Shown here: in pieces, positions 24,455-35,656 of the stretch
Layout of the letters: each line of letters starts with the position of its first letter
How positions within the stretch are numbered: position 1 is the stretch's first letter
From: Prorocentrum cordatum
Lineage: Eukaryota
NCBI GenBank assembly: GCA_963575745.1
Contig: CAUYUJ010000050.1
Span: 62,001 to 119,044, forward strand
DNA length: 57,044 nt
Direction of reading: 5' to 3'
Translations under genes and position numbers: made by a program
Notes under the pieces: generated by a model
The model's input: the letters and a program-made list of their open reading frames with translations, nothing else
Told to the model about the DNA's origin: nothing
Database searches by the model: none

Positions 24455-24850
24455 TGAGTCGTTTGGGGCTTCGCGTCCTGATGTGAGTCGTTCGGGCCCT
24501 TCTTCCTGGTGTGAGTCGTTCGGGCTCTTCGTGGTGTGAGTCGTTCGGGCTCTTCGTCCTGGTGTGAGTCGTTCGGGCTTCTCGTGGTGTGAGTTGTTCG
24601 GGCCCCTCATCCTGGTGTGAGTCGTTCGGGCCCCTCCTCCTGGTGTGACTCGTTCGGGCTCCTCGTGGTGTGAGTCGTTCGGGGCCCGCGTCGTGGTGTG
24701 AGTCGTTCGGGCTCCTCGTGGTGTGAGTCGTTCGGGCGCCTCGTCCTGGTGTGACTCGTTCGGGCCCCTCCTTGTGGTGTGAGTCGTTCGGGCTCTTCGT
24801 GGTGTGAGTTGTTCGGGCCCCTCGTCCTGGTGTGAGTCGTTCGGGCTCCT
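24455..24850. repeat. ~22-28-bp minisatellite (ggtgtgagtcgttcgggc)
   Basis: About 14 tandem copies. Confidence 0.93.
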
Positions 24851-25080
24851 CGTGGGGCCTCTTGGGTGCCTCTTGGAGCCTCTTGGGGCCTCTTGGGGGC
24901 CTTTTGGGGGCCTCTTGGGGGCCTCTTGGGGGCGTCTTGGGGCCTCTTGGGGCCTCTTGGGGGCCTCTTGGGGGCCTATTGGGGGCCTCTTCGGCCCTCT
25001 TGGGGGCCTCTTGGGGGCCTCTTGGAGGGCTCTTGGGAGCCTCGTGGGGGCCTGTTGGGGCCATCTTGGGGCCTCTTGCG
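24851..25080. repeat. (GGGGCCTCTT)n decamer satellite; second array at ~41675-41955
   Basis: Direct reading; gives KRPQEAP-type spurious ORFs. Confidence 0.93.
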
Positions 25081-26306
25081 ACCTCCTCAGAAGCGCAAAT
25101 GAGCGCCACCCCCTGAGAAGGACAACATGAGGCCAACACCCTCGTAAAATCAATGATTTTGCTATGAAGGAAGAGGAGCGCGGCCCCCTCAGGAGGCCAA
25201 AATGGGGCCGAAACCGTCGTACAATCAATGTTTTTGGCTTCAACGAAGAGGAGGGTTTTTTTTTAGTGTCCCCCCGTCGGGGCCAGAATCCTCGTGAGGG
25301 TCGTCGTTTTTTGGCCCTCCCAGGAGTCCAAAAGGACTCCCCTGGCGACCCGCGGGGCTCCCTCTCCAGGCCCAGGGGGAGGGGGTAGGGGGAGGGGTAA
25401 ACCCCTCCCCGAAGGAGAAGAAGGGGGGTTGAGGACAGAGAGAGCTCGCTAAACCACTCACGCCCAAAGGGCTGGTGGGATTACGCGTTATTGGACACTC
25501 GAGCATAGAAGGGCGAGCAGTCTTAAATTGTTGTTGTTTGTTGTTGTTGTTGTTGTTGTTGTGTTGTTGTTTTGTGTTGTTGTTGTTGTTGTTTGTTGTT
25601 TGTTTGTGTTGTTGTTGTGTTGATGATGATGATATGATGATGATGGATGATGATGATGATGATGATAGATGATTGATGATGATGATGGTGGGTGGTGGTG
25701 GTGTGTGGTGGTGGTGGTGGATGTTGAACATTATTTATTCTAAAGAATAATTATTGTTGGGCCCCCTGGTGCGCGCCCCCCCTGCGCCGCCTAGGCCGCA
25801 GCTACATTTTCATCATTTTCGTGAGGAAGCCTCAGAAAAGAGGGTGTGTACAGGATCCGGTTGTTTTGTTGTAATCCGCTTTCCCTTGCAAAAAACAATA
25901 GAAATGACATTTCTTGTTCTAATATAATCAAATTTCAAGAATCCCTTGCAAAAAATAAGGTAAAGTGGACATTCGCGCGCGCAAGACGAAATCCTTCCAA
26001 AACCTTAGTGTTCGCAGCGATTTTAACATAAAAACATCAAAAAACCAATGGTTTTTTCAACAAAAAATTGTCAAAATCTCATCCCGCGCGCTCTTGCGGA
26101 TTCGTAGGAACCCCAACACCATCAGGACAACCATCGGGACAACCATCGAGACAACCATCGGGACAACCATATCCTCTCTCTCTTGTGTATTCCCACATCC
26201 CTCAGGAATTTGCCCTAAAGATGTGATCAACTATCTTGTGAGTACGTATCATGTGTATCATGTGTATCATGTACCATATGCATCATATGCAACAGATGTT
26301 CTGTGG

Positions 26307-26390
26307 AAGGCTTAACAACTTCTGTGGGTTAACAAGGCTTAACAACTTCTGTGGGTGTACGAACGTAGGCTTAACAACTTCTGTGGGTGT
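26307..26390. repeat. Three copies of ggcttaacaacttctgtgggt; preceded by (gtatcatgt)x3 at ~26246-26272
   Basis: Direct reading. Confidence 0.85.
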
Positions 26391-26599
26391 GTACTCCACG
26401 CCAGTGTAGTAGCCACGGTCGTCCGCAGGCCACGAAGTGAAGTGTCCGAACGTCATAGGGCGGGAAGCTGGGTGTGGGTGGTGGCGAAGAGTCGTGTGGA
26501 TATTTGGTAGAGCTTGCACTGCCCCCCCACAAAGTGGGGGTATTGGCTGGCGTCGCATGAAAACCCTGGCACTGGTGAGAACACTGAGCGTTCGGGTAA

Positions 26600-27190
26600 A
26601 GTGATTGTTGTTGTTGTTGCTGTTGTTGTTGTTGTTGTTTATTGTCGTCGTCCCACCCGCGACCCACCCCGCGACCCACTCCGCGACCCACCCCGCGACC
26701 CACCCCGCGACCCACCCGCGACCCACCCCGCGACCCACCCGCGACCCACCCCGCGACCCACCCGTGACCCACCCGCGACCCACCCCGCGATCCACCCGCG
26801 ACCCACCCCGCGACCCATCCGCGACCCGTCCGCGACCCATCCGCGACCCGTCCGCGACCCACCCGCGACCCACCCGGCGACCCACCCTCAAAGGAGGAGA
26901 AACCACCCGGACCCGACAATTGACGTTTACTAAACAGCCGCGTGCGTTTGTTAAACAGCCCTGCCTTGTTCGATTCATTCTTTGTGTGCGTTTACTAAAT
27001 GGCTTTGCTTGTCGGGGTGATTCTTATGGGATTGATTTTCTGCCTTTACACCCGCGAACCACCCCACGACCCAGCAGCAGCCCACCCGCGACCCACCCGC
27101 GACCTACCCACATTGCTTCAACAACAAAATCGGCGCCTGCGGCGGGCTCGTTGTCTAATTTGTAAAACTTTGGCGCCTGCGGCGGGCTTC
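26600..27190 (-). repeat. GGGTCGCGGGT minisatellite element, inverted copy
   Basis: (cccgcgaccca)n at ~26652-26887 plus shared ggcgcctgcggcggg flank motifs. Confidence 0.8.
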
Positions 27191-27939
27191 TCCAGAGTCT
27201 CGCAAACTGCCGACGTCCCCACCGCCACCGCATTCTTATGGGCGTGGCCACTGACCACACCTCCGATGACAAACGGGGCGGGACAGATAGCAAGAAACCG
27301 GGGAAAGAGGTGGGGTGAGGAGCCTGTGCTCGGAGAGGCGGAGGAGGAGGGGAGGCGAAGGAGCGGGGTGGGACGAGGAGAACGCTGGAGAAGGACGCCG
27401 AAGAGAAAGAGTGGAGAAGAGATGCGCGCAAGTGGAACCGAACAGTTTCCGAACATATCGGCCCCCCGGGTGTTGATGTTCAGAACGTGTCCAGAACCAC
27501 CCCGCTCCATCTCCATGCTGCACTACCCCGCTGATCGGGGCCGGCGCCGGGACACAGCTACGCCATGATGGCATGGGGGTTAACAGCGCCGTAACTACGA
27601 AGTGCCTGATTCAGTATTGCAGAAGCACGGCGAGGATGATGTGCCATCTGGCGGCAGTGCAACTACCGAGTAGGCTAAGCAGCGGAACGAAGGTGGACCG
27701 TGACAGCCGTTGCCACCACACCACCAAAATGGACCTCGGAAGTTGCCTACAAATTGTGCGTGGCGGATGCCAGAACTCCAGCTGTGGTTGTTGAGTCGGT
27801 CTGCCCGAAACAGCGGATCGCAGGCTAGCTGGGTATGCAACACATAGCTTTAGCCCACAGTCCTGGCAGAGTTCCAGGGCGGAAATGGCTGAAACCACGA
27901 GGTCGGGTCGGTCGGAAGGGGGGAAAGGAGGAGGAGGAG

Positions 27940-27971
<32 letters not shown>

Positions 27972-28053
27972 TAATGACGGCGACGAGGAGGTGGTGGAGG
28001 AGATCTGAGCTCGTTGCTGCCGGGCATCCCGGCGGAGCCTCAGCCACGCGGCC

Positions 28054-28326
28054 GGGTGGGGGGGGGGCTTCTTAGAAGCACCCAGTGGGCGCAGGCGCCC
28101 CTTCTGAAGGAGCTGGTGGCTGCTTCTTGGAAGCTTCCCCTGGCGTGCGTCCAAGATGCAGGTGGCCTGCTTCCAAGGCGCTGTCTTTGCTTCCTAGGGG
28201 GCAGTTCCGTGCTTCTGGGAAACTGCGGGGGTGCTTCCGAGACGCGGCGCGCCCCCCTGGCTTCTCAGAAGTGTCGGCCGGCACCTTTGCGAGGCGGCCG
28301 CCTTCTGAGAAGCCCTCCCCCCCTCC
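28054..28326. mobile_element. Short element with imperfect terminal inverted repeats and five TTCnnnGAA palindromes
   Basis: ggggggggcttcttagaag ... cttctgagaagccctcccccc; motifs at 28069, 28124, 28213, 28262 and 28303. Confidence 0.5.
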
Positions 28327-28719
28327 TCCTACCCGTAAATCGGGCCGGCCCCTCTACAGGGGGAATACTCAAACGTAGTATTTCAAAAATCGTCCGGGGA
28401 CGAGGTTTTGATCACTTCTGCCTGTGTTTGAATATGTTTCTGGTATCCTTTATCTTTCGTCCAAAATCTCCCTGAAGGCGGACACGCCCGACCTGATCCT
28501 GCCCCCTACGTGCGCGCCGCCGAGAGCCAGAGGTGGCCTGCCTGCTGGCCCACTGCGAGCAGCTGATGGAGGAGCACGCCGCCGAGGCGCGGAAAGGAGG
28601 GTTGGATGCGCCGAGAATATGTACAAGGAACCCCTAACCTTAGTAGGACAAGGAAGACGTAGCCTCCAGTAGGTCTCCGTCTTTGCACTGGGCACGATCA
28701 GTCCGTCACCACCCACCAA

Positions 28720-28867
28720 ACCACCCCAACCCAACCCGAGGGCCTCAGTTTGCACTCCATTTCCAGTTGGGGGGGGTCGGGGGACACCGAGAAAGCGCAT
28801 GGAGCCCGTACCCTCCTCAACCCGAAATTCGGGTCAAATTCGGGTCTTCGGGTTGGGTTGGGGTGGT
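28720..28867. repeat. Perfect 20-bp inverted repeat pair (MITE-like)
   Basis: accaccccaacccaacccga (28720-28739) / tcgggttgggttggggtggt (28848-28867). Confidence 0.8.
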
Positions 28868-29389
28868 CCGGTAGGTTTGGGTGGTTTGGTTCGATGCACC
28901 TTCTGCAAAAGCCATCCCGAGGGTTTTGGGCCTCTTGACTTGGGCCTGCTCCCAAAGGGCCAGGGGTCCTTCGATTGCTACTCGGGGATGGGGGGGTTAA
29001 TTACGGAGCTGCGCGTGCAGTGGCGACGCTGAACCAGGAGGGGCTCTGCTTTTCGGGTTCAGGAGAGTGCACCTTGGGTGCCCCTTGGGTTCAGGGGGGT
29101 GCACCTTGGGCTCACCTCGGGCCCTCTGGACAGGGAGGCTGCACCTTGGGCTCAGGGAGGAGGGCTTTGGTCCCAGGGCCGCTCCTTCCATGTGTGTCGC
29201 GGGGGTCGGGGGCCTAGAAGCAAGTGTGGCCGAGGCCCGCCGTGGCCATCCGAGCCCCGTGCCTCGTGGCAGGCCGGGCGATTTTATCTGGCGCTCTCCG
29301 CGGCAGCACGGTGGCCGTCTTGCGACTGCGCCGGCTACTCGCACGACGAGGCAGTTTCACGGCGCTGCACCTTGGCTCTCCCGGCCTCG

Positions 29390-29879
29390 CCTCCTTCCCC
29401 TCCTCCTCCTCCTCCTCCTCCTCCTCCTCCTCCTCCCTCCTCCTCCTCCTCCTCCTCCTCCTCCTCCTTCCCCCTCTCTCCCCCTCCCCCTCCCTCCCCC
29501 TCCTCCTCCTCCTCCTCCTCCTCATCCTCCTCCCTCATCATCATCATCATCATCATCCTCCTTCTCCTCATCTCCTCTCCTCCTCCTCCTCCTCCTCCTC
29601 CACCTCCTCCCTCCTCCTCCCGTTCCTCCTTCCTCCTCCTCCTCCTCCTCCTCCTCCTCCTCCTCCTATCCTCCCCTCCCCCTCCCCCTCCTCCTCCTCC
29701 TACCTCCTCCTATTCCTCCCTCCTCCCCTCCCTCTCCCCTCCTCCTCCTCCTCCTCCTCCTCCTCCTCCTCCTCCTCTCCTCCTCCTCCCTCTTCCCCTC
29801 CTCCTCCTCCTCCTCCTCCTCCTCCTCCTCCTATTTCTTCTCCTCCTCCCCCTCCTCCTCCTCCTCCTCCTCCTCCTCC
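29390..29879 (-). repeat. (GGA)n tract directly abutting the 3' end of the LINE
   Basis: On the minus strand the element ends ...GGGAGTGCGCTC then GGAGGAGGA...; no poly(A). Confidence 0.95.
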
Positions 29880-29938
29880 GAGCGCACTCCCCTGGAAAGA
29901 CCGAGTCCCGCCGCGTGCGGGCGTCCTGTGAGCTGCAT

Positions 29939-31900
29939 TTAGTGCAGCATCTCGAACATGGGCCAGGCTCTCAAGCCTGGAGGTAAACGTCATTGCGCTA
30001 ACCTCTGAATTGCTTTCCTCCCCCCTTCTGAGGGAGGCTCACAGACTGACTTTAATTTACTGCGGGCCCGTATAGTCCATCCCCCGCAACGGCTACACCA
30101 GCAAATGCCGTTGGTGACTTGTAAATGGGGTTGATGGGACGGGTGCATCGCCAAAACGTGGGGCCTACAGGGTCTCTTTAACCAGGTGGGCATCCGAATT
30201 TTGACACTACCTTGCTTCTTACATCTAAGGCAAGCTAGATTATACTCGGGGGCGACAGGGGCAGCTAAAAGACAGTGAGATGTATTCTGAAAGGCATCCG
30301 GAAGGGCCTGTACACTTCTAAGGGCTCTCACTCTGCTACGCTCCTCCTTCGACTCCTCGTCCTCCTGGGGGAACTGATCCTTGGATTCCCAGTAGTGGGT
30401 CTGGATTGCCGAGAGACGGTCGCAAATCATGTTGGCGTGGATGTCTGCCCCCTGAATCTGGCGGGCCAGCGCGGGCGGTACGCTCCGTCGTCGGGCAGCG
30501 CACCTGGCAATATCATCCACTTGCTCATTCATGTAGAGCGTCCAGGGCGGCTCGTTAGCCGCCTCCTCCTCCGTCGGGTGACTTTTGACCTTCTGGAAAA
30601 ATAGCTGTGCGGCACGGGCTGAGGCATACGTCCAGAACTTCTTCCAAGCCAGAGGGTTACGAGAGTGTCGGGCCCTGGGTCCTTTCAAGAAGCCTTTGAT
30701 GACGTAGAGGCAGTCGGTGACGATGACTAGGGGTCCTCCTGTGGCTTGGAGAAGGTTGATGACTGCGGCAAGTTCAGCGAGAGGGACTGACTGCTGGCCT
30801 CGGATCCCTCCTGAGAGTGAACCGATGAACTGCATCGAGGAGGACCAGAGGGCGGCTCCCCAGCCGCAGACTCGGAGGCGTGCATCCAAGGTGTGCTCCC
30901 CTCCGCTCCCGTCGGTGGCCCCGATGAGGATGTTTGCGTGGCTGAACTTGGCGTGTTGCTGAAAAACTCCAGTTTTGAGGATGTCGTCGTCAAGGGACAT
31001 GATGTGTTGGTGGACTGCGTGTAGGGCCCACCTAGCAGGTACAATCCCTCGGAGCCAGAGGCAGGCATTCTGGGGGCACTCCTGGACAGCTTGAGGTACT
31101 GAACCTTGGGTCTTCTGGATGGCCTCTAAACCTAGCGAGGGGAGCTCGGGGCAGGTCCAGAACTTGTGAAGGTCGTCCGCATTCGGCTGTCCACAAAGTA
31201 GGCAGTCGGCGCGGTCCTGGAGCCCTGCTTCAAATCTGCGCTCTTCACTCCAGCACTTGGAACAGGCAACGGCAGACATAGCGGAGGGGTAGGAGGCGAG
31301 CCTGGTGAGGTGCTCTTCTTTGGTGGCCCTCTGGTCCCTGGTGAGCTCCTCCTCCTCCATCTTCTTCCTCTGCTTCCCGATGACTGCTGCATTCCTGCTG
31401 GGGTAAAGCCTCATTGCTGTGATATCTCCTCCTTCCTCCAACCCTGCGGAATTGTGGCTCTTGGGGCAATTGAGGCTCCAGAGGCGCATGGAGAGGAGGA
31501 ACTGCATGTGATAGAGGAAGCGCTGCTGCTGGTCCCAGCTGAGCGGCTTCACACTGAAAGCCTGGCCTGAGGGGTCCGACCACTGCCAGGCAGCGGTAGG
31601 CCCCCAACCTATGTCGTGAAGGGTGGCGATGACCGCCGACAGGTGCGACTTCACGCGAAGCCACCGATGCTGCGAACGAAGCTTGTCTCGTAGCAGAGGC
31701 CATGCTCTTTGGATTCCTCCCAGGAGACCGAGCTCGTTATTGATGAACCTGAACCAGGTCTGACATAGGTTTTTCCTGAGGAAGATCGCGGGGTCGACTT
31801 CTGCGGGTTCTGCTTTGAGTGCGTGAAGTCCTGTGGTGAGGCAAGCTCCTGATTTAGACACTCCGAAAGCAGATGCGGTCTGGCGGCGCAGAAAAAACAC
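29939..31900 (-). pseudogene. LINE ORF2 C-terminal part: zf-RVT-like motif, RNase H domain, C-terminal Cys/His motifs
   Basis: CLLCGQPNADDLHKFWTCP; RNase H catalytic pattern ATDGSG...QSVPLAELAA...VTDCLYVIKG...KVKSH...NEQVDDIA; CLRC, HPSH, CWCSRCGGW. The TGA at 29990 is probably premature, since the frame continues RLPPGLRAWP to TAA at 29939. Confidence 0.92.
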
Positions 31901-31924
31901 TTCTGAAGGTGAGGTCCCGTGACC

Positions 31925-33313
31925 TTACGTGCCCCATAACATCTGGGGCTGCGCTCCTGTGCGATAAAGAGAACGAGCCTTGGTCGTTGTCCTGGCCAGC
32001 TTCTTGATGTTTCTTGCCCTGAGGAGCCCGAGGGTGCGACGTTTCCTGCGTACCTTTTGGGTCCGACGGCGCCCCACGGAGGCATCCATCCCGAGGTCCC
32101 TGGTGTGGCTGAGGGGCTTGATGCGGATCCCGTGGTCCTGGAGGGTGCCCGCGACGGCCTTGCTGAGGTCCAGGGAACTGGCCAAGACGACGGACTTATC
32201 CGAGAGACGGCAACCTAGTTCGGCAAATCCTTGGCAGAGGTTCACGATTCAACTGGGGAAGGTCTCCTTCAACATGTCGGGGCTGCCGACCATCCGAATT
32301 CTTATGTCGTCCACCCATGTCCTGATGGTGGGCCTTGGGATCTGGTAGTGGGCCCTCTCGAGTACCTCGTAGAGTAGGGCCCTGGCCCATGGTACACTCT
32401 GTCCGCACCCTTGAAGTATAGACATGAGTGGCGTTAGCGGGTTGCTGACCCCGATAGGCGTAGTGAGGACCCTGACAGCGGTGTGGACCAGGACCCCAAG
32501 GGAGAGCGGGACCACGGGGTAGCTTAGCTGCAGCGCCTTCTGGGAGAGCTTCTGGATATCTATGGTGTCAAAAAGCTTTTCGAGGTCGAGCACGCCCTCG
32601 ACGATGCTGGCCTGGAGTGCCCCTCCGGTCTCAGCGAATACCTCGCTGACCAGAGCGGCCTGTAGACAATCACTACCTTTGGTGGCTGCATCCCAGAAAC
32701 CAGCCCGAGCTTCTTCCCAGGATGATATCTGGCCTTTGAAGAGCCCCATGGTGACCCGATAGGGCGCATTGGTGAGGGTGATGGGTCGGTCACTGATTTC
32801 CGTCTTGGGCTTGAGGGCCACGAGGTTTATTAGACATTGGGCTGGATACTGCTGCAGCCTACATATATCATTGATCATATCTGTTAGGATCTCCAATCCT
32901 GCTTCTGGTAGTCGGCGAAGGTCAGCGGTGCGCCACTGGTCGGCGCCAGGTGCCGAGCTGGCAGGGAAAGACTTAAGCGCGGCTGCTACCTGGGTGGTAG
33001 TGAACTGGTCGTCTTGATCCCAAGAGTCCCGTGCCTGCTGCCTAATCTCTTGAATCCATTGGGCCTCGGGGGGGACCTCCAACTTGTTTCCCTCTGGGTC
33101 CCGGAACTTCATCCCAAACTCGCTCTTGTGACCTAAGACCTGCATGGGGTCCGTAACTATGTTGCCATTGGCATCTGTGAAGATATCGTTTCTCCTCGGG
33201 GGTGGGGCCTGGGATCTTCGTGATATGGTGGGCGCCGCCGCCGCCGCGGGCGAGGGAGTCCTCGAGCCACGACTGGAAGGCAGCATCCTGCTGCCGCAGG
33301 GCCTCTTTCTCAT
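31925..33313 (-). pseudogene. LINE ORF2 reverse transcriptase domain (frameshifted or interrupted)
   Basis: SAPGADQW, LKPKTEISDRPITL, LDLEKLFDTID, SILQGCGQS, TWVDDI, then RLSDKSVVL and TRDLGMD. Confidence 0.93.
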
Positions 33314-33869
33314 AAAACTGGACTGCCACTTCTAGCTGGAAGAGGGCGTCTTCGAGTTGGTCCTCCTGAAGGTTCCCGAGAAGGTACTTCTTGATCAGGT
33401 CCTGGAAATCCTGAAGGGCCCCAGGGGGCCACGGGAGGCCTTGGTTGACGATGTCGCTGATGTACCCCTGGAGTCTCTGGAAACCTTCTGAGCGGGGCTT
33501 GATCTTGTGGAGCTGGTCTCTCTCCTTTGCCCTTTGCTGGAGAACTCCCCATTGGTGACTGGCAGGGTGTGGACGCTGCTGGAAAGGAGTGGGAGGGCAG
33601 ATGTCTTTCCATTCGCACTGGAAGCCTTCAGCTCGCCCAAAACACGGTGGACAGCTCGGCGGACTCCCAAGACAGCACCCCTCCAAGGCCTGACTAAGAC
33701 GAGCGCGCTGGTGGGTCAGGTCGGGGGAGGAGTGGGCGGCGGCAAAAGGATGAGAAATCTCTGGCGGACCTTGCCAGTCCAACTGAGCCTGCGCCCAGTA
33801 GTGATGCCATGGTGCCGCGGGGGCCGATGGCGGTTGGAGCGAGGCCGCTCGCTTTTGAAACCAACCCTG

Positions 33870-34535
33870 CCTGATCATGATCTCTGTCTGGAAGGTCGCC
33901 CGCAAGCCGATGTGCGGCTTCCAGGGGCTGGTGAGGTCGGTCTCTACCCTGAAATATTCTCCAAAGAAATTGCTGATGGTGAAGAAATCGATGAGCCTAC
34001 CTCCCGAACATGTACTGTGGATCTCTGGAGCCTTGATGGTGCCCTCGAGAGCTCCTCAGGGGTCATGTTGAAATCCCCTCCGGTGATGAAGGGGAGCTTG
34101 CGCTGCTTGAGGAAGATGGTGATCTCTCGGACCACCTTGTTGTTGAACGCATTGTAGCCTACCCCCGACTGTAGGTAGACTGAGATGAGAACTATGTTGC
34201 GCTGACTCAGACGGACTATACAGGCGGTCCAATTAGTCCTTCCCACTAATGGTTTGGCCTGCCCCTTTCCGTTCATGATGCGCGCATGCGAGTGAAACTG
34301 CTTTGACACGAATAACCCCACTCCGCCTGAGCTGCCTGCGGGAGTGCGAGCTGCTGGGCACTGATAGCACTTGTAGCCCAGCTTCCCCATGAACTTGCTA
34401 GCTTCTCCCAAACGTCCTGAAACCAGATGCGTCTCCCCTAGCATGATGATTCCTGGTTGTCCAAAACTCGAAGCTTGAAAATAATCATTGGCTTTCTTGT
34501 TCCAATTAGTGATATTGGCATGGTAGATGGTGAAA
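33870..34535 (-). pseudogene. LINE ORF2 apurinic-like endonuclease (APE/EEP) domain
   Basis: In frame: TIYHANITNW (upstream of the listed ATG), MLGETH, SGGVGLFV, LISVYL, GGDFNM. Confidence 0.9.
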
Positions 34536-34588
34536 CTGTCATGAGCCCCTGGGGGGGGGGGCGGGTGTGTCGTGGCCGAACGCCACGC

Positions 34589-35510
34589 TCACCTGGACCC
34601 GTCCCCCCCCCTGGCCCCTGCTGCAGGGCGCGGGCAACTGCGGCTGCGGGGCTTCTGCTCATGAGTCCTGCTGCCTCCCGCCAGATCACGCCCACGGGCT
34701 GGGTCATCACCAGCTGCAGCTGCGGCACCATCAGCACGACGGGGTGGTGCTGCGGGTTGTTGGGCTGCTGCCTTGGGCTTGGCCTTCTTGGCCTTGGCCT
34801 TCGGGAGCAGGCCTTGAATTTTCTCGAGGTCCTCGAAGAACTGCTTGGCGTTGTTGCCTTCCTCTCCCTCCATGCCCTGGACGAACTTGAGGAGCTCGAC
34901 TGGCACTTTGGGGAGTTGAACGGCTGGTCCTTCTTCGATGTCTTCCTCCATGGGGGCGCCTCCGCCCCAGCCACGGGTGGCCTCGACGCTGGCGGCCTCG
35001 AAGTTGGAGCGGGCCTTCGCGAGCTCCTCGGCCGTGGTGTCGAACTCCTCCTGCGCGGCTGTGACCTTGGCCTCCAGGTCGGTGATGGTCTCCTTGAGGT
35101 TCTCCTGCTTCTTCTCGAGGCGCCGTACCTCCTGGAAGGCTGGTGGCTGCAGCAGCTGGTGGTTTCTTCGGCGACTGGATCAAGCCCTGCATCTTTTTGC
35201 AAGCCTCGGTGCCCAGGTCGTCCTTCTGCTCGGGTGTGAGCTTTGCGAGGAGGAGTGAGAGGATCTCTTTCATCTCGGATGGCTTCTCCTGCTGCTCTTT
35301 GTCCTTGCCGCTGGGGCCTGAGGTGCCGTTGTTGTCCTGGCCCTTGCTCATGGGAAGGTCGAACGGCTGCCCACAGAGGCGGAACATCTTCTTCCGCGCC
35401 TTGTTCAGATATTGTCATTCTCCACAACTTGAACAGACGCAGTACTGACGTCGACGTTGCTGCTGCTGCTGGTAGGACTGCTGGTATGCCCACCACGAGT
35501 TGCCACCCAT
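34589..35510 (-). pseudogene. LINE ORF1: N-terminal Cys4-type zinc finger plus coiled coil (one internal TGA, one frameshift)
   Basis: ATG at 35510 in GCAGCCATGG context: MGGNSWWAYQQ...YCVCSSCGE*QYLNKARKKMFRLCGQPF (TGA at 35417-35415); coiled coil RRLEKKQENLKETITDLEAKVTAAQEEFDTTAEELAKAR. Confidence 0.75.
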
Positions 35511-35633
35511 GGCTGCTGAACTGTCGGTGTCTGGCCGACGGGAAACTGGAAAGCCACTGCTGGCAAGATGCACTTCGAGCCCGTGCTGCGGGGCTCTCAG
35601 CCCCCTTAGAGCCCGATCGGGTTCTAAAAGAGC

Positions 35634-35655
35634 CTTGAGCCAAAATGGCTACGGA
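35634..35655 (-). other. Perfect dinoflagellate spliced leader (DinoSL) at the LINE 5' terminus
   Basis: Plus strand cttgagccaaaatggctacgga = reverse complement TCCGTAGCCATTTTGGCTCAAG, 22/22 to DCCGTAGCCATTTTGGCTCAAG. Confidence 0.98.
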
Positions 35656-35656
35656 T

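Larger units (their letters stand above)
29879..35655 (-). mobile_element. Apparently full-length non-LTR retrotransposon (LINE; ORF1 + APE-RT-RNase H), 5'-capped by DinoSL, several frameshifts and stops
   Basis: Collinear ORF1, APE, RT, zf-RVT-like, RNase H and C-terminal Cys motifs; sharp boundaries against (GGA)n on both sides. Confidence 0.93.

Noticed and set aside
27873..27895. Minus-strand cagccatttccgccctgg as SL relic
   Set aside because: Only an 8-nt core matches.
35600..35655. SL RNA gene
   Set aside because: The SL is followed by GCTC and the LINE 5' UTR, not a GT donor and SL-RNA intron.
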